DNA from: an uncultured Clostridia bacterium
GTDB taxonomy: Bacteria > Bacillota > Clostridia > Oscillospirales > CAG-272
Reading direction: 5' to 3'
DNA: 48,055 nucleotides
NCBI GenBank assembly: GCA_947632135.1
Contig: CANRNZ010000002.1
Location: 1 to 48,055, forward strand
The position numbers were made by a program, and so were the translations under genes. Below the pieces are notes generated by a model, which saw nothing but the letters and a program-made list of their open reading frames with translations, was not told where the DNA came from and did not search any database. Below are positions 16,099-24,802 of this stretch, piece by piece. Numbering within the stretch: the stretch's first letter is position 1; the number at the start of each line of letters is the position of its first letter.

Positions 16099-19000
16099 AT
16101 GATAAACGCCGCGCACGACTCCTGCGGAATAGGCGCCGTTGTAAACATTGACGGCAGAGCCGACAGGCGCACCGTCGACGACGCTCTTAAAATAGTCGAA
16201 AAGTTAGAGCACCGCGCGGGACGGGACGCCGACGGGAAAACCGGCGACGGCGTCGGCATTATGACACAGATACCGCACTCGTTTTTCCGCCGCGAGCTAA
16301 AGGACGCCCCTCTCTCTCTGACGAGGGGCGACTATGCCGTCGGAATGTTCTTTCTGCCGTCTGACACGGACACGAGGAAAAAGGAAAGACGGCTGTTTGA
16401 GACAATCGCCGAAAAAGAGGGGCTGCCCGTTGCGATGTGGCGGAAAGTGCCGATAAACCCCGACATTCTCGGAAATAAGGCAGTTGCCTGTATGCCGTAT
16501 ATAGCACAGTGCTTTATAGCGCGGCCCGAGAAATATAAGGCAGGGGTCGAATTTGACCGCAGGCTGTACGTCCTGCGCCGTCTTTTTGAGCAGAGCACGA
16601 AGGGGAGCTATGTCGTTTCCCTCTCGTCAAGAACAATAGTGTACAAGGGAATGTTTCTCGTCGGGCAGTTGAGGCGCTTTTACCGCGACCTTGAGTCGCC
16701 TTACTTCGAGAGCGCGATGGCGCTCGTCCATTCCCGTTTTTCGACGAATACGACGCCGAGCTGGGAGAGGGCGCACCCGAACAGGTTCATTCTTCACAAC
16801 GGCGAGATAAACACTATACGCGGAAATGTCGACCGTATGGCGGCAAGAGAGGAAACCCTCTCATCGCCGTATCTTGAGGACGATATGGAAAAAATTCTTC
16901 CGGTTATAGGCATCAAGGGCTCCGACTCTGCAATGCTCGACAACACGGTTGAATTTTTGTATATGAACGGAATGGAGCTTCCTCTGGCGCTTATGATAAC
17001 GATGCCCGAGCCGTGGAAGCACCGCGAATACATAAGCCGCGAAAAAAAGGACTTTTATCACTACTACGCGACGATGATGGAGCCGTGGGACGGCCCCGCG
17101 GCAGTTATCTTTTCGGACGGCGACGTCGTCGGAGCGACGCTCGACAGAAACGGGCTCAGACCTTGCAGATGGTACCTCACTGACGACGGCAGGGTAATTA
17201 TTTCCTCCGAGGTCGGAGTGCTCGACATTGAAAATAAGCACATAATAAAAAAGTCGAGGCTTGAGCCGGGGAAAATGATTCTCTGCGACATGAAGAACAA
17301 CGAATTTCTGGACGACGCGGAGTGCAAGGAGAAATACATAAACCGCTCGCCGTTCGGCGAATGGCTGAGCCGATATCTCACAAGGCTGAGAGAGCTGCCG
17401 ATACCGAACAAAAAGCCCGAGGACAGCGGCTCGCGCGAGGAGAGGCGAAAGCTGTACCACGCCTTCGGATACACCTATGAGGATGTGAGAGAGGTAATTC
17501 TCCCAATGGCAAAAAACGCGGGCGAGAAAATCTCCTCCATGGGTATAGACATTCCTCCCGCTTTTCTATCCAAAACACACCAGCCGCTGTTTTACTATTT
17601 CAAGCAGCTTTTCGCTCAGGTGACAAATCCGCCTATCGACTCGCTTCGCGAAAAGGCGGTGACCGATACGACTGTATACGTCGGCTCGGACGGGAATCTG
17701 CTGTGCGAAAAGGGTGAAAACTGCCGCGTTCTCGAAATCGAAAATCCTATTCTGACAGAGGTCGACCTTATTAAAATATGCGCGCTCGACAAGCCCGGGC
17801 TGCATACCAAAAAGGTCTCCCTTTTATACTATAAGAACACCTCTCTCGAAAAGGCGATGGAGGATTTGTTTATAAGGTGCGACAAGGCTTTCAGAAACGG
17901 AGCGAACATAATAATCCTCTCTGACCGCGGAGTTGACGAAAACCACCTCGCGATCCCCTCGCTGCTTGCGGTATCGGGCGTCGAGCAGCATCTTATAAGG
18001 ACGAAAAAACGCACCGCGGTATCTATAATCCTCGAAAGCGGGGAACCGCGGGACGTTCACCAGTTTGCCGCACTCCTCGGTTACGGCGCAAGAGCGGTAA
18101 ACCCGTATCTTGCCCACGAGTGCATAGCGGAGCTTATAAAGGACGGCATACTTGACAAGGACCTCCACACCGCAATAGAGGACTACAACAAGGCGGCAAT
18201 CGACGGTATAGTCAAGGTCGCATCGAAAATGGGAATCTCGACAATCCAGTCCTACCAGTCCGCGCAGATATTCGAGGCCGTCGGCATATCGAAGGAGGTC
18301 ATCGACCGCTACTTCACAAATACGCCGTTTGCCGCTCCCGGAGTTGGTCTTACGGAAATCGGTGAGGACGTCGAATGGCGGCACAACAAGGCGTTTTACT
18401 CCGCCGACGCGGCATGCAGCGTTCTGCCGAGCGTCGGTTATCACAAGCTGCGCCGAGGGGAGGAAAAAGAAGAGCATCTCTACTCTCCCGAGACTATAAC
18501 CGCTCTCAGAGAGGCGGCACAGAACGGAGACTACGCGCGCTTTAAGGAATACAGCGCGATGCTGACGCGCGACGGCGCGCGCTTCGGTATAAGAAGTCTG
18601 CTCGATTTCAACACCGAAGGGTGTACTCCCGTTCCGATCGAGGAGGTGGAGAGCGCCGCCGAAATCGTAAAGCGCTTCAAGACAGGCGCGATGTCATACG
18701 GCTCGATATCAAAGGAGGCGCACGAGTGCCTCGCGCTCGCGATGAACACTCTCGGCGGCAAGAGCAACTCGGGCGAGGGCGGCGAGTCCCCCGAAAGGCT
18801 CGGGACAAAAAAGAACAGCGCGATAAAACAGGTGGCGTCGGGGCGCTTCGGCGTGACGTCGGAATATCTTGTCAGCGCGAGGGAAATACAGATAAAAATG
18901 GCGCAGGGCGCAAAGCCCGGCGAAGGCGGGCACCTTCCCGGGCGGAAGGTTTACCCTTGGATTGCGAGGACCCGTCTTTCAACTCCCGGCGTCGCTCTGA

Positions 19001-20607
19001 TTTCCCCTCCGCCGCACCACGACATATACTCGATTGAAGATTTGGCGGAGCTTATATACGACCTCAAAAACGCAAATCCCGCCGCTGACATTTCCGTAAA
19101 GCTCGTCTCCGAGGCGGGAGTCGGGACGATTGCGTGCGGGGTCGCAAAGTCCGGCGCGTCCGTTGTTCTTATCTCGGGATACGAGGGCGGAACGGGAGCC
19201 GCTCCGACAAGCTCAATACACAACGCAGGTCTTCCTCTTGAGGTCGGTCTGTCCGAGGCGCACCGCGCTCTTTCGGAAAACGGACTGAGGGAAAAAGTGC
19301 GAATAGAGGCTGACGGAAAGCTCATGTGCGGAAGAGACGTCGCAATCGCGGCCCTTATGGGAGCCGAGGAGTTCGGCTTTGCGACCGCTCCCCTTGTAAC
19401 TCTCGGCTGTACAATGATGAGAGTGTGCAACCTTGACACTTGCCCCATGGGAATTGCGACTCAGGACGAGCGTCTGAGAGCACGCTTCTGTGGAAAGCCC
19501 GAGTACGTTATGAACTTTATGCTGTTTATCGCCGAGGAGCTGAGAGAGATCATGGCCTCGCTCGGAATCAGGCGCGTCGACGATATGGTGGGAAGGCGCG
19601 ACCTTATAAAGGTAAAGGAGTCCGAATCCTTATCGAGCCTTCCGCACGGCAAAATCAACGCCGATTTGTCGGAGATAATCGGAAAGCCCGACTCGAAGCC
19701 CGCGCGCTTTTCAAAGGACGCATCTTACGACTTCGAGCTTGAAAAGACGGCGGACGTCAGAATACTCATACCCGAGTTTGAGCCGTACGTGAAAAGCGGA
19801 AAGCCGCATAGCGTCGACTGCGCCGTGACGAGCACGGACCGCGCGTTCGCGACACACTTCGGCTCCGTTATAACGAAAAAATTCAAAAACACCTTAAAGG
19901 ACGACACCTACGTCGTAAACTGCCGCGGCGGCGCAGGGCAGTCCTTCGGAGCGTTTATACCGAAGGGGCTCAGCGTAAACCTTGAGGGGGACGCAAACGA
20001 CTACTTCGGAAAGGGACTGTCGGGAGGAAAGCTCTCGCTCAGAGCTCCGCGCGACTCAAGATTTAAGCCCTCCGAGAACGTCATTGTCGGAAACGCCGTG
20101 CTGTACGGCGCGACGTCAGGCGAAGCGTACATCTCGGGCATTGCCGGCGAGCGCTTCTGCGTCAGAAACTCGGGAGCAGTCGCCGTCGTCGAGGGAGTCG
20201 GAGAAAACGCTCTCGAATATATGACGGGCGGGAAGGTTCTTATCCTCGGCGACGTCGGAAACAACTTTGCCGCAGGAATGAGCGGCGGCACGGCTTACGT
20301 ATACGACGAGCGCCACACGCTTTACAAAAAGATAAACAAGTCCGGGCTCGATATGCTTGAGGTGAGCGAAAAAGAGGACGCCGACGCAATAGAGAGTATG
20401 CTGCGGCGTCACATTGAGGCGACCGATTCGGCGCTTGCGAAAAGTATTTTAAGCGACTTTGGCTCAAAGCTTGCATTTTTCAAAAAGATTCTGCCGCATG
20501 ACTACGGTGTGATAACGGGACTTATAAGGCAGAATATGTCAATGGGAATGAACCGTTACGACGCCGAGCTCGCGGCGTTTGATACAATGCGCAAAGGAGG
20601 CGTCTGA
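16099..20607 (+). CDS. gltB: Glutamate synthase (NADPH) large subunit
   Basis: Ntn Cys in HDSCGIGAV, FMN domain ISGYEGGTGAAP, 3Fe-4S Cys motif VCNLDTCPMGIATQ, and a C-terminal GXGXG beta-helix domain. ATG 16099 is preceded by AGGAGG at 11 nt. The track start 15955 lies inside a tandem repeat and has no RBS. Confidence 0.9.
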   Translation: MINAAHDSCGIGAVVNIDGRADRRTVDDALKIVEKLEHRAGRDADGKTGDGVGIMTQIPHSFFRRELKDAPLSLTRGDYAVGMFFLPSDTDTRKKERRLFETIAEKEGLPVAMWRKVPINPDILGNKAVACMPYIAQCFIARPEKYKAGVEFDRRLYVLRRLFEQSTKGSYVVSLSSRTIVYKGMFLVGQLRRFYRDLESPYFESAMALVHSRFSTNTTPSWERAHPNRFILHNGEINTIRGNVDRMAAREETLSSPYLEDDMEKILPVIGIKGSDSAMLDNTVEFLYMNGMELPLALMITMPEPWKHREYISREKKDFYHYYATMMEPWDGPAAVIFSDGDVVGATLDRNGLRPCRWYLTDDGRVIISSEVGVLDIENKHIIKKSRLEPGKMILCDMKNNEFLDDAECKEKYINRSPFGEWLSRYLTRLRELPIPNKKPEDSGSREERRKLYHAFGYTYEDVREVILPMAKNAGEKISSMGIDIPPAFLSKTHQPLFYYFKQLFAQVTNPPIDSLREKAVTDTTVYVGSDGNLLCEKGENCRVLEIENPILTEVDLIKICALDKPGLHTKKVSLLYYKNTSLEKAMEDLFIRCDKAFRNGANIIILSDRGVDENHLAIPSLLAVSGVEQHLIRTKKRTAVSIILESGEPRDVHQFAALLGYGARAVNPYLAHECIAELIKDGILDKDLHTAIEDYNKAAIDGIVKVASKMGISTIQSYQSAQIFEAVGISKEVIDRYFTNTPFAAPGVGLTEIGEDVEWRHNKAFYSADAACSVLPSVGYHKLRRGEEKEEHLYSPETITALREAAQNGDYARFKEYSAMLTRDGARFGIRSLLDFNTEGCTPVPIEEVESAAEIVKRFKTGAMSYGSISKEAHECLALAMNTLGGKSNSGEGGESPERLGTKKNSAIKQVASGRFGVTSEYLVSAREIQIKMAQGAKPGEGGHLPGRKVYPWIARTRLSTPGVALISPPPHHDIYSIEDLAELIYDLKNANPAADISVKLVSEAGVGTIACGVAKSGASVVLISGYEGGTGAAPTSSIHNAGLPLEVGLSEAHRALSENGLREKVRIEADGKLMCGRDVAIAALMGAEEFGFATAPLVTLGCTMMRVCNLDTCPMGIATQDERLRARFCGKPEYVMNFMLFIAEELREIMASLGIRRVDDMVGRRDLIKVKESESLSSLPHGKINADLSEIIGKPDSKPARFSKDASYDFELEKTADVRILIPEFEPYVKSGKPHSVDCAVTSTDRAFATHFGSVITKKFKNTLKDDTYVVNCRGGAGQSFGAFIPKGLSVNLEGDANDYFGKGLSGGKLSLRAPRDSRFKPSENVIVGNAVLYGATSGEAYISGIAGERFCVRNSGAVAVVEGVGENALEYMTGGKVLILGDVGNNFAAGMSGGTAYVYDERHTLYKKINKSGLDMLEVSEKEDADAIESMLRRHIEATDSALAKSILSDFGSKLAFFKKILPHDYGVITGLIRQNMSMGMNRYDAELAAFDTMRKGGV

Positions 20608-20608
20608 T

Positions 20609-22075
20609 ATGGGAAAAAGCAGCGGATTTCTCGAATATGAAAGAGTCGAGCGTCCATCTGTCCCCGAGTCCGAACGGATTTTGAATTTCAACGAGTTTCA
20701 CGTTGATACGTCAATAGACGAAAGGCGGCGTCAGGGAGCGAGATGTATGAACTGCGGAGTTCCGTTCTGTCAGTCGGCAATCGAGCTCGGCGGTATGGTG
20801 ACCGGCTGCCCTCTGCACAATCTTATACCCGAATGGAATGACGAGATATACATGGGAAACGAATGCGGCGCCTTAGAGCGTCTGCTCTCGACCTCCTCTT
20901 TTCCCGAGTTTACCGGCAGAGTCTGCCCCGCGCTTTGCGAGAAAGCGTGTGTCGCGGGACTGAACGGCGAGCCCGTTACAGTACGGGAGAACGAATTATA
21001 CATTATCGAGACTGCGTTCAAAAACGGAATGATGACGCCGAGAGCGCCGAAAAGACGGACAGGAAGAAGGGTCGCCGTGGTCGGCAGCGGGCCGAGCGGT
21101 CTTGCCGCCGCGGACAGGCTGAACAGATACGGACACACTGTCACGGTGTTTGAAAAGAGCGACCGCGCCGGCGGGCTTCTCATGTACGGGATACCTAATA
21201 TGAAGCTTGAAAAGCAAATAGTTGACAGGAGAGTTTCCCTTATGGAGAGCGAAGGGGTGCGCTTCGAGCTTAATTCTGACGTTGGGCGCGACGTTTCGGC
21301 AGACGGGCTTATGTCCGATTTTGACGCCGTAGTCCTCTGCTGCGGTTCAAAGGTCCCGCGCTCGCTTGACGCGGCTTCCTGCGATGTCGGCGGGGTGTAC
21401 TACGCGGTCGACTTTCTGACCTCGGTGACAAAGGCTCTTGACGGCGGGGTTTTGTCGGACAGAGAGCACATTTCGGCAAAGGACAAGAACGTCGTTATAG
21501 TCGGCGGAGGAGACACGGGAAACGACTGCGTTGCGACATGCATTCGTCTCGGCTGCCGCTCGGTAGTTCAGCTTGAGATGACAAAGGAGCCGCCGAAAGA
21601 CAGGAGCGAAAAGGATACATGGCCTCGCTGGCCGCGCGTTTTAAAGACCGACTACGGTCAGGAGGAAGCGTCGTACCTCAGCGGACACGACCCGAGAATT
21701 TACGAGACGACCGTAAAAGAGATAAAAGTAAACGACGACGGCGCGCTCTCAAAGGTCGTCACCGTAAACGTCTCCTTCGAAAGCGGAAAGCTCACCGAAA
21801 AGGCGGGCAGCGAGAAGGTCCTCGACGCGGACATGATGATAATTGCCGCAGGCTTTGTGGGCTGTGAGAGCTATGTCACGGACGCTTTCGGCGTCGAGAG
21901 AAGCTCCCGCGGGAGAGCCGTTACCGAAGATGGAAAATATCAGACGGCAAAGGAGGGAGTCTTTGCCGCGGGGGATATGCGCCGCGGGCAGTCCCTTGTC
22001 GTCTGGGCAATATCCGAGGGCAGACACTGCGCCGACGAGGTTAACGAGTACCTTTTGTCTCACCGTTTTGAGTAG
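20609..22075 (+). CDS. gltD: Glutamate synthase (NADPH) small subunit
   Basis: Fe-S Cys clusters CMNCGVPFC and [12 protein letters not shown], and Rossmann motif [17 protein letters not shown] 20609 follows AAAGGAGG and lies 2 nt after the gltB stop. Confidence 0.9.
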   Translation: MGKSSGFLEYERVERPSVPESERILNFNEFHVDTSIDERRRQGARCMNCGVPFCQSAIELGGMVTGCPLHNLIPEWNDEIYMGNECGALERLLSTSSFPEFTGRVCPALCEKACVAGLNGEPVTVRENELYIIETAFKNGMMTPRAPKRRTGRRVAVVGSGPSGLAAADRLNRYGHTVTVFEKSDRAGGLLMYGIPNMKLEKQIVDRRVSLMESEGVRFELNSDVGRDVSADGLMSDFDAVVLCCGSKVPRSLDAASCDVGGVYYAVDFLTSVTKALDGGVLSDREHISAKDKNVVIVGGGDTGNDCVATCIRLGCRSVVQLEMTKEPPKDRSEKDTWPRWPRVLKTDYGQEEASYLSGHDPRIYETTVKEIKVNDDGALSKVVTVNVSFESGKLTEKAGSEKVLDADMMIIAAGFVGCESYVTDAFGVERSSRGRAVTEDGKYQTAKEGVFAAGDMRRGQSLVVWAISEGRHCADEVNEYLLSHRFE

Positions 22076-22084
22076 GCACTTACG

Positions 22085-22138
22085 GATATTGCAGATAGTG
22101 ACAGATATTGACGGATATTGACAGATATTGACAGATAA
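22085..22138. repeat. 10-bp tandem repeat ATATTGACAG, about 5.5 copies, in the gltD 3' region before the terminator
   Basis: Read directly: gatattgcag atagtgacag atattgacgg atattgacag atattgacag ataaa. Three units (the 3rd to 5th) contain an exact TTGAC(A/G). Confidence 0.95.
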
Positions 22139-22140
22139 AT

Positions 22141-22184
22141 ACGGCGCGGCGCCGAAATAGGCGCCGCGCCGTATAATTTTTTTT
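22141..22184 (+). terminator. Intrinsic terminator after gltD
   Basis: ACGGCGCGGCGCC-gaaata-GGCGCCGCGCCGT forms a 13-bp stem, followed by ATAATTTTTTTT. Confidence 0.75.
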
Positions 22185-22207
22185 GCGAATGTAATGCAAT
22201 TTAAAAT

Positions 22208-22852
22208 TCAACAGCTTAAAAACAGGTCGTACAGCTCGGCTGTTGTAAGAAATATATGATTTGCGTTTTCCTTTTTTAAAGATTCTGTATCGGCACAGCT
22301 TCCCCACGCCGCGGACAAACAAGTTACACCCGCGTCGCGCGATGATACAACGTCGGAAACAGCGTCTCCCACATAGTAAAATTCGTTCTTTTTCAGCTCG
22401 TATTTTTCAAGCAAATTAAGTATTGCGTCAGTCTTACTCGGTCTTTCTTCAAGACCCGTTTCCACATCGCAAAATCTGTTTGTTAAACCGAGCCTGCCGA
22501 GAGTAATTTCGGCGGCTCTTTTCCCCTTTCCCGTTATCAGCGCGGTTTTTATCCCCTTGCTGTCAAGCAAATCAAAAATACGGATTATGCCTTCGTAAGG
22601 CGCGGGGCATTTTTCATGCAGTTCTTCGTATATTTTATAAAAATCATTGAGGGCGTCTTCAAAACGGTCATTTACAACCGCTTTTATCATTCCGACTTCG
22701 TTAACACCAAACGTCTGCAATATTTCATAGTCACTCAACACACGCCCCGCGTAAGGTGATACAGCCCGTCGAAAGGCTTCTATACTGAAAGGGATTGTAT
22801 CGGCGATTGTACCGTCAAGGTCGAACGCGGCCATTTTTATTATTTTTGCCAT
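22208..22852 (-). CDS. HAD-IA family hydrolase (phosphoglycolate phosphatase-like)
   Basis: 214 aa with motif I FDLDGTIADT, a cap domain, and motif IV YVGDAVSD. Confidence 0.75.
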   Translation of the reverse strand: MAKIIKMAAFDLDGTIADTIPFSIEAFRRAVSPYAGRVLSDYEILQTFGVNEVGMIKAVVNDRFEDALNDFYKIYEELHEKCPAPYEGIIRIFDLLDSKGIKTALITGKGKRAAEITLGRLGLTNRFCDVETGLEERPSKTDAILNLLEKYELKKNEFYYVGDAVSDVVSSRDAGVTCLSAAWGSCADTESLKKENANHIFLTTAELYDLFLSC

Positions 22853-22897
22853 TTGGATTTTATCACCCGTTTTTTTTAAATCTTTTCAAAACTTCTC

Positions 22898-23497
22898 TTA
22901 AATTTTATCCCCGTTTATCTTTCGTATGACCCTGCACGGGTTCCCGACCGCGACGCAGTTATCGGGAATATCTTTTGTCACTACGCTGCCCGCGCCTATT
23001 ACGGTCCCGTTTCCTACGGTAACGCCGGGGAGAATAATGGCGCCTCCACCAATCCAACAGCCGTTTCCTATTTTGATTGGAAGAGCGTAGGTTCGACAGA
23101 AATACGTTCCGCTCTCTGGCCGCCAGCCCTCAATCACTCTTTCGGACAACTCGACGGGATGAGTCGCGGTATAGAGCTGCACGTTTGACGCAATTAAAAC
23201 GTTGTTTCCTATTTCTATTGTATTGCAATCCACAAATGTACAATTCATATTAACGGAGACATTGTCTCCGATAATAATATTTTTCCCGTAATCGCATAAA
23301 AACGGACTCCCGACCGATACGTTCTCTCCTATTTTGCCGAAAAGCTGTTGTAAAACGGCATACTTCTCCGTTTTTTGCTCATACGAAAAATGATTGTACT
23401 GTGTTAAAAGCTCCCTCGCTTTTCTTTTCAATTCCAAAAAGATTTCATCGTGACAATCGTAGTTTTCTCCCGCGAGACATTTTTCCCATTCGGTCAT
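22898..23497 (-). CDS. Sugar O-acetyltransferase, hexapeptide-repeat family (Maa/LacA-like)
   Basis: N-terminus MTEWEKCLAGENY is typical of the Maa N-terminal domain. Left-handed beta-helix hexapeptide repeats are present (IGNNVLIASNV, IGNGCWIGGGAIILPGVTVGNGTVIGAGSVV). The ATG 23497 start is preferred over the TTG track start 23560. Confidence 0.8.
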   Translation of the reverse strand: MTEWEKCLAGENYDCHDEIFLELKRKARELLTQYNHFSYEQKTEKYAVLQQLFGKIGENVSVGSPFLCDYGKNIIIGDNVSVNMNCTFVDCNTIEIGNNVLIASNVQLYTATHPVELSERVIEGWRPESGTYFCRTYALPIKIGNGCWIGGGAIILPGVTVGNGTVIGAGSVVTKDIPDNCVAVGNPCRVIRKINGDKI

Positions 23498-23639
23498 ATC
23501 GTTAAAGTCCCCTTTGCAATACTGAATAAAATAAATTTTGCTCCCCGCTTTGTCCGCCAAGAGAGCGCCTTTCGGGATTTTCGGGATTTTAAAATTTTCG
23601 CAATATTATGCGTTTTCGGTTTTCTTTTTGCCTCGGAAT

Positions 23640-23960
23640 TTATATATTCCAGCGATGTCCGCAATCGGAGCATACGCAGACTGTGGTGTATCGGATATTG
23701 TTTACAGTATTTGAAACGCTCTTTGACCTTCCTTTGTATTTCTTTTTTCTGAAAAGCTGAATACAGAGCCTCGGGATAAAAAAGAAAATCCAGAGACAGA
23801 GGTCGACAATCCACCACCACCAACCGATACAAAGCCACCAAATACAGCCGTGGCCCTCTTGCCTGTACTTCGAGCGCGTTTTTGTCACGGTCGTACTGCC
23901 GAGGTTTTCCTGAAAGGTTTGAGTTTTAACATTTTCGCTTTTGCATTCGGGACATGTCAT
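23640..23960 (-). CDS. Small membrane protein with CxxC pairs at both termini (split zinc ribbon) flanking a Trp-rich TM segment
   Basis: 106 aa: CPEC near the N-terminus, CSDC near the C-terminus, and central CIWWLCIGWWWWIVDLCLWIFFFIP. Strong RBS AAAAAGGAGGAAAGAGAA precedes the ATG. Confidence 0.6.
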   Translation of the reverse strand: MTCPECKSENVKTQTFQENLGSTTVTKTRSKYRQEGHGCIWWLCIGWWWWIVDLCLWIFFFIPRLCIQLFRKKKYKGRSKSVSNTVNNIRYTTVCVCSDCGHRWNI

Positions 23961-23978
23961 TTCTCTTTCCTCCTTTTT

Positions 23979-24034
23979 AGTGGGCAGTGATTAGTTATTA
24001 GTTGTCAGTGGGCAGTGATTAGTGGGCAGTGGGT
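23979..24034. repeat. Three copies of the 14-mer AGTGGGCAGTG(A/G)(T/G)T just upstream of the zinc-ribbon gene RBS
   Basis: Copies lie at 23979-23992, 24007-24020 and 24021-24034. Confidence 0.9.
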
Positions 24035-24035
24035 A

Positions 24036-24079
24036 GAGGCTCCCTGAAAGGGGAGGCGGCGCGAAGCGCCGGTGGGGTT
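24036..24079. repeat. Dispersed double-hairpin element, family D, copy 1
   Basis: GAGGCTCCCTGAAAGGGGAGGCGGCGCGAAGCGCCGGTGGGGTT holds two adjacent hairpins: CTCCCtgaaaGGGGAG and GGCGCgaaGCGCC. Confidence 0.9.
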
Positions 24080-24191
24080 GGCCGATGGGCAGCGGCAAGC
24101 TCTTTTGATTTGACAGCTTTCGCTTTTTGACGTCCGCATTCTTAAAAGAACTTTCCGCTTCCTCACTCTTCACTATTAGTTCTCACTTTTC

Positions 24192-24228
24192 AAAAAATGG
24201 CAAGCTCTAAAGAACTTGCCATTTTTTG
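24192..24228 (-). terminator. Hairpin terminator downstream of tRNA-Ala (potentially bidirectional)
   Basis: AAAAAATGGCAAG...CTTGCCATTTTTT lies 4 nt beyond the tRNA 3' end, with A and T runs on both flanks. Confidence 0.6.
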
Positions 24229-24231
24229 GTA

Positions 24232-24307
24232 TGGTGGAGCATACGGGACTTGAACCCGTGACCTTTGCACTGCCAGTGCAACGCGCTCCCAACTGCGCCA
24301 ATGCCCC
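24232..24307 (-). tRNA. tRNA-Ala (anticodon GGC)
   Basis: The reverse complement is a 76-nt cloverleaf: GGGGCATTGGCGCAGTTGGGAGCGCGTTGCACTGGCAGTGCAAAGGTCACGGGTTCAAGTCCCGTATGCTCCACCA. The anticodon loop CTGGCAG gives GGC. The G3:U70 Ala identity pair, a GTTCAAGTC T-loop and an encoded CCA are present. Confidence 0.93.
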
Positions 24308-24323
24308 TTCTATCTTCTATATT

Positions 24324-24351
24324 AGTATAGCATAAATTTTAAAAAAGTAAA
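24324..24351 (-). promoter_or_regulatory. Candidate promoter of tRNA-Ala
   Basis: Minus strand reads TTTACT, a 16-nt spacer, then TGC-TATACT. The -10 hexamer ends 16 nt upstream of tRNA position 1. Confidence 0.4.
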
Positions 24352-24802
24352 GTACTATTTTTATAAAAAACATAAGGTGTTGAATAAATACATCACAGCA
24401 TAGTTTTTGTATTTCGGAATGTCTTTTGAAAATTTTATTTAAATGCTCCGAAAATGCTCGGCGCGGCGGGAAGGCTTTGAAATCGGTAAATGCCTATATA
24501 TTTTATACACTTGCCTATAAAGCATTCAAAATATACATTTGCATAAAACCGCAAATCCCTGCCCCGCGGGCATTTCGAGGCGTGCTCGGCGCTTTTTCGT
24601 GCCTTATCATAAAGTGCATAAAATGGGAGAAAAATCATTTTAAAATCCTAATAAAGCACCTAAAAAGACGCGCAAGCTTTTAATAAAAAATTTTTTTAAA
24701 CCCCCAATGCTTTTCCTGTTTTTCAAAAGTTTTTGAGGGTTTCAGGGAACTTTTTTCAAAAAGTTCCCTGAAAAATCCAAACTGTCTCTAACAAATATAT
24801 CC

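Noticed and set aside
15894-22138. Whether the regularly spaced repeat arrays could be CRISPR arrays.
   Set aside because: The units are only 8-14 bp and directly abut each other with no spacers of about 30 bp. There are no cas genes. They are micro- or minisatellites.
22208-24307. Genomic island integrated at the 3' end of tRNA-Ala (HAD, acetyltransferase and zinc-ribbon genes).
   Set aside because: There is no integrase, no direct repeat of the tRNA 3' end, and no mobility genes. The composition is not obviously foreign.
24426-24683. 85-aa (+) and 67-aa (-) ORFs in the AT-rich gap next to the tRNA.
   Set aside because: They overlap each other on opposite strands, lack an RBS and have implausible composition. 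I treat the region as non-coding (see findings).
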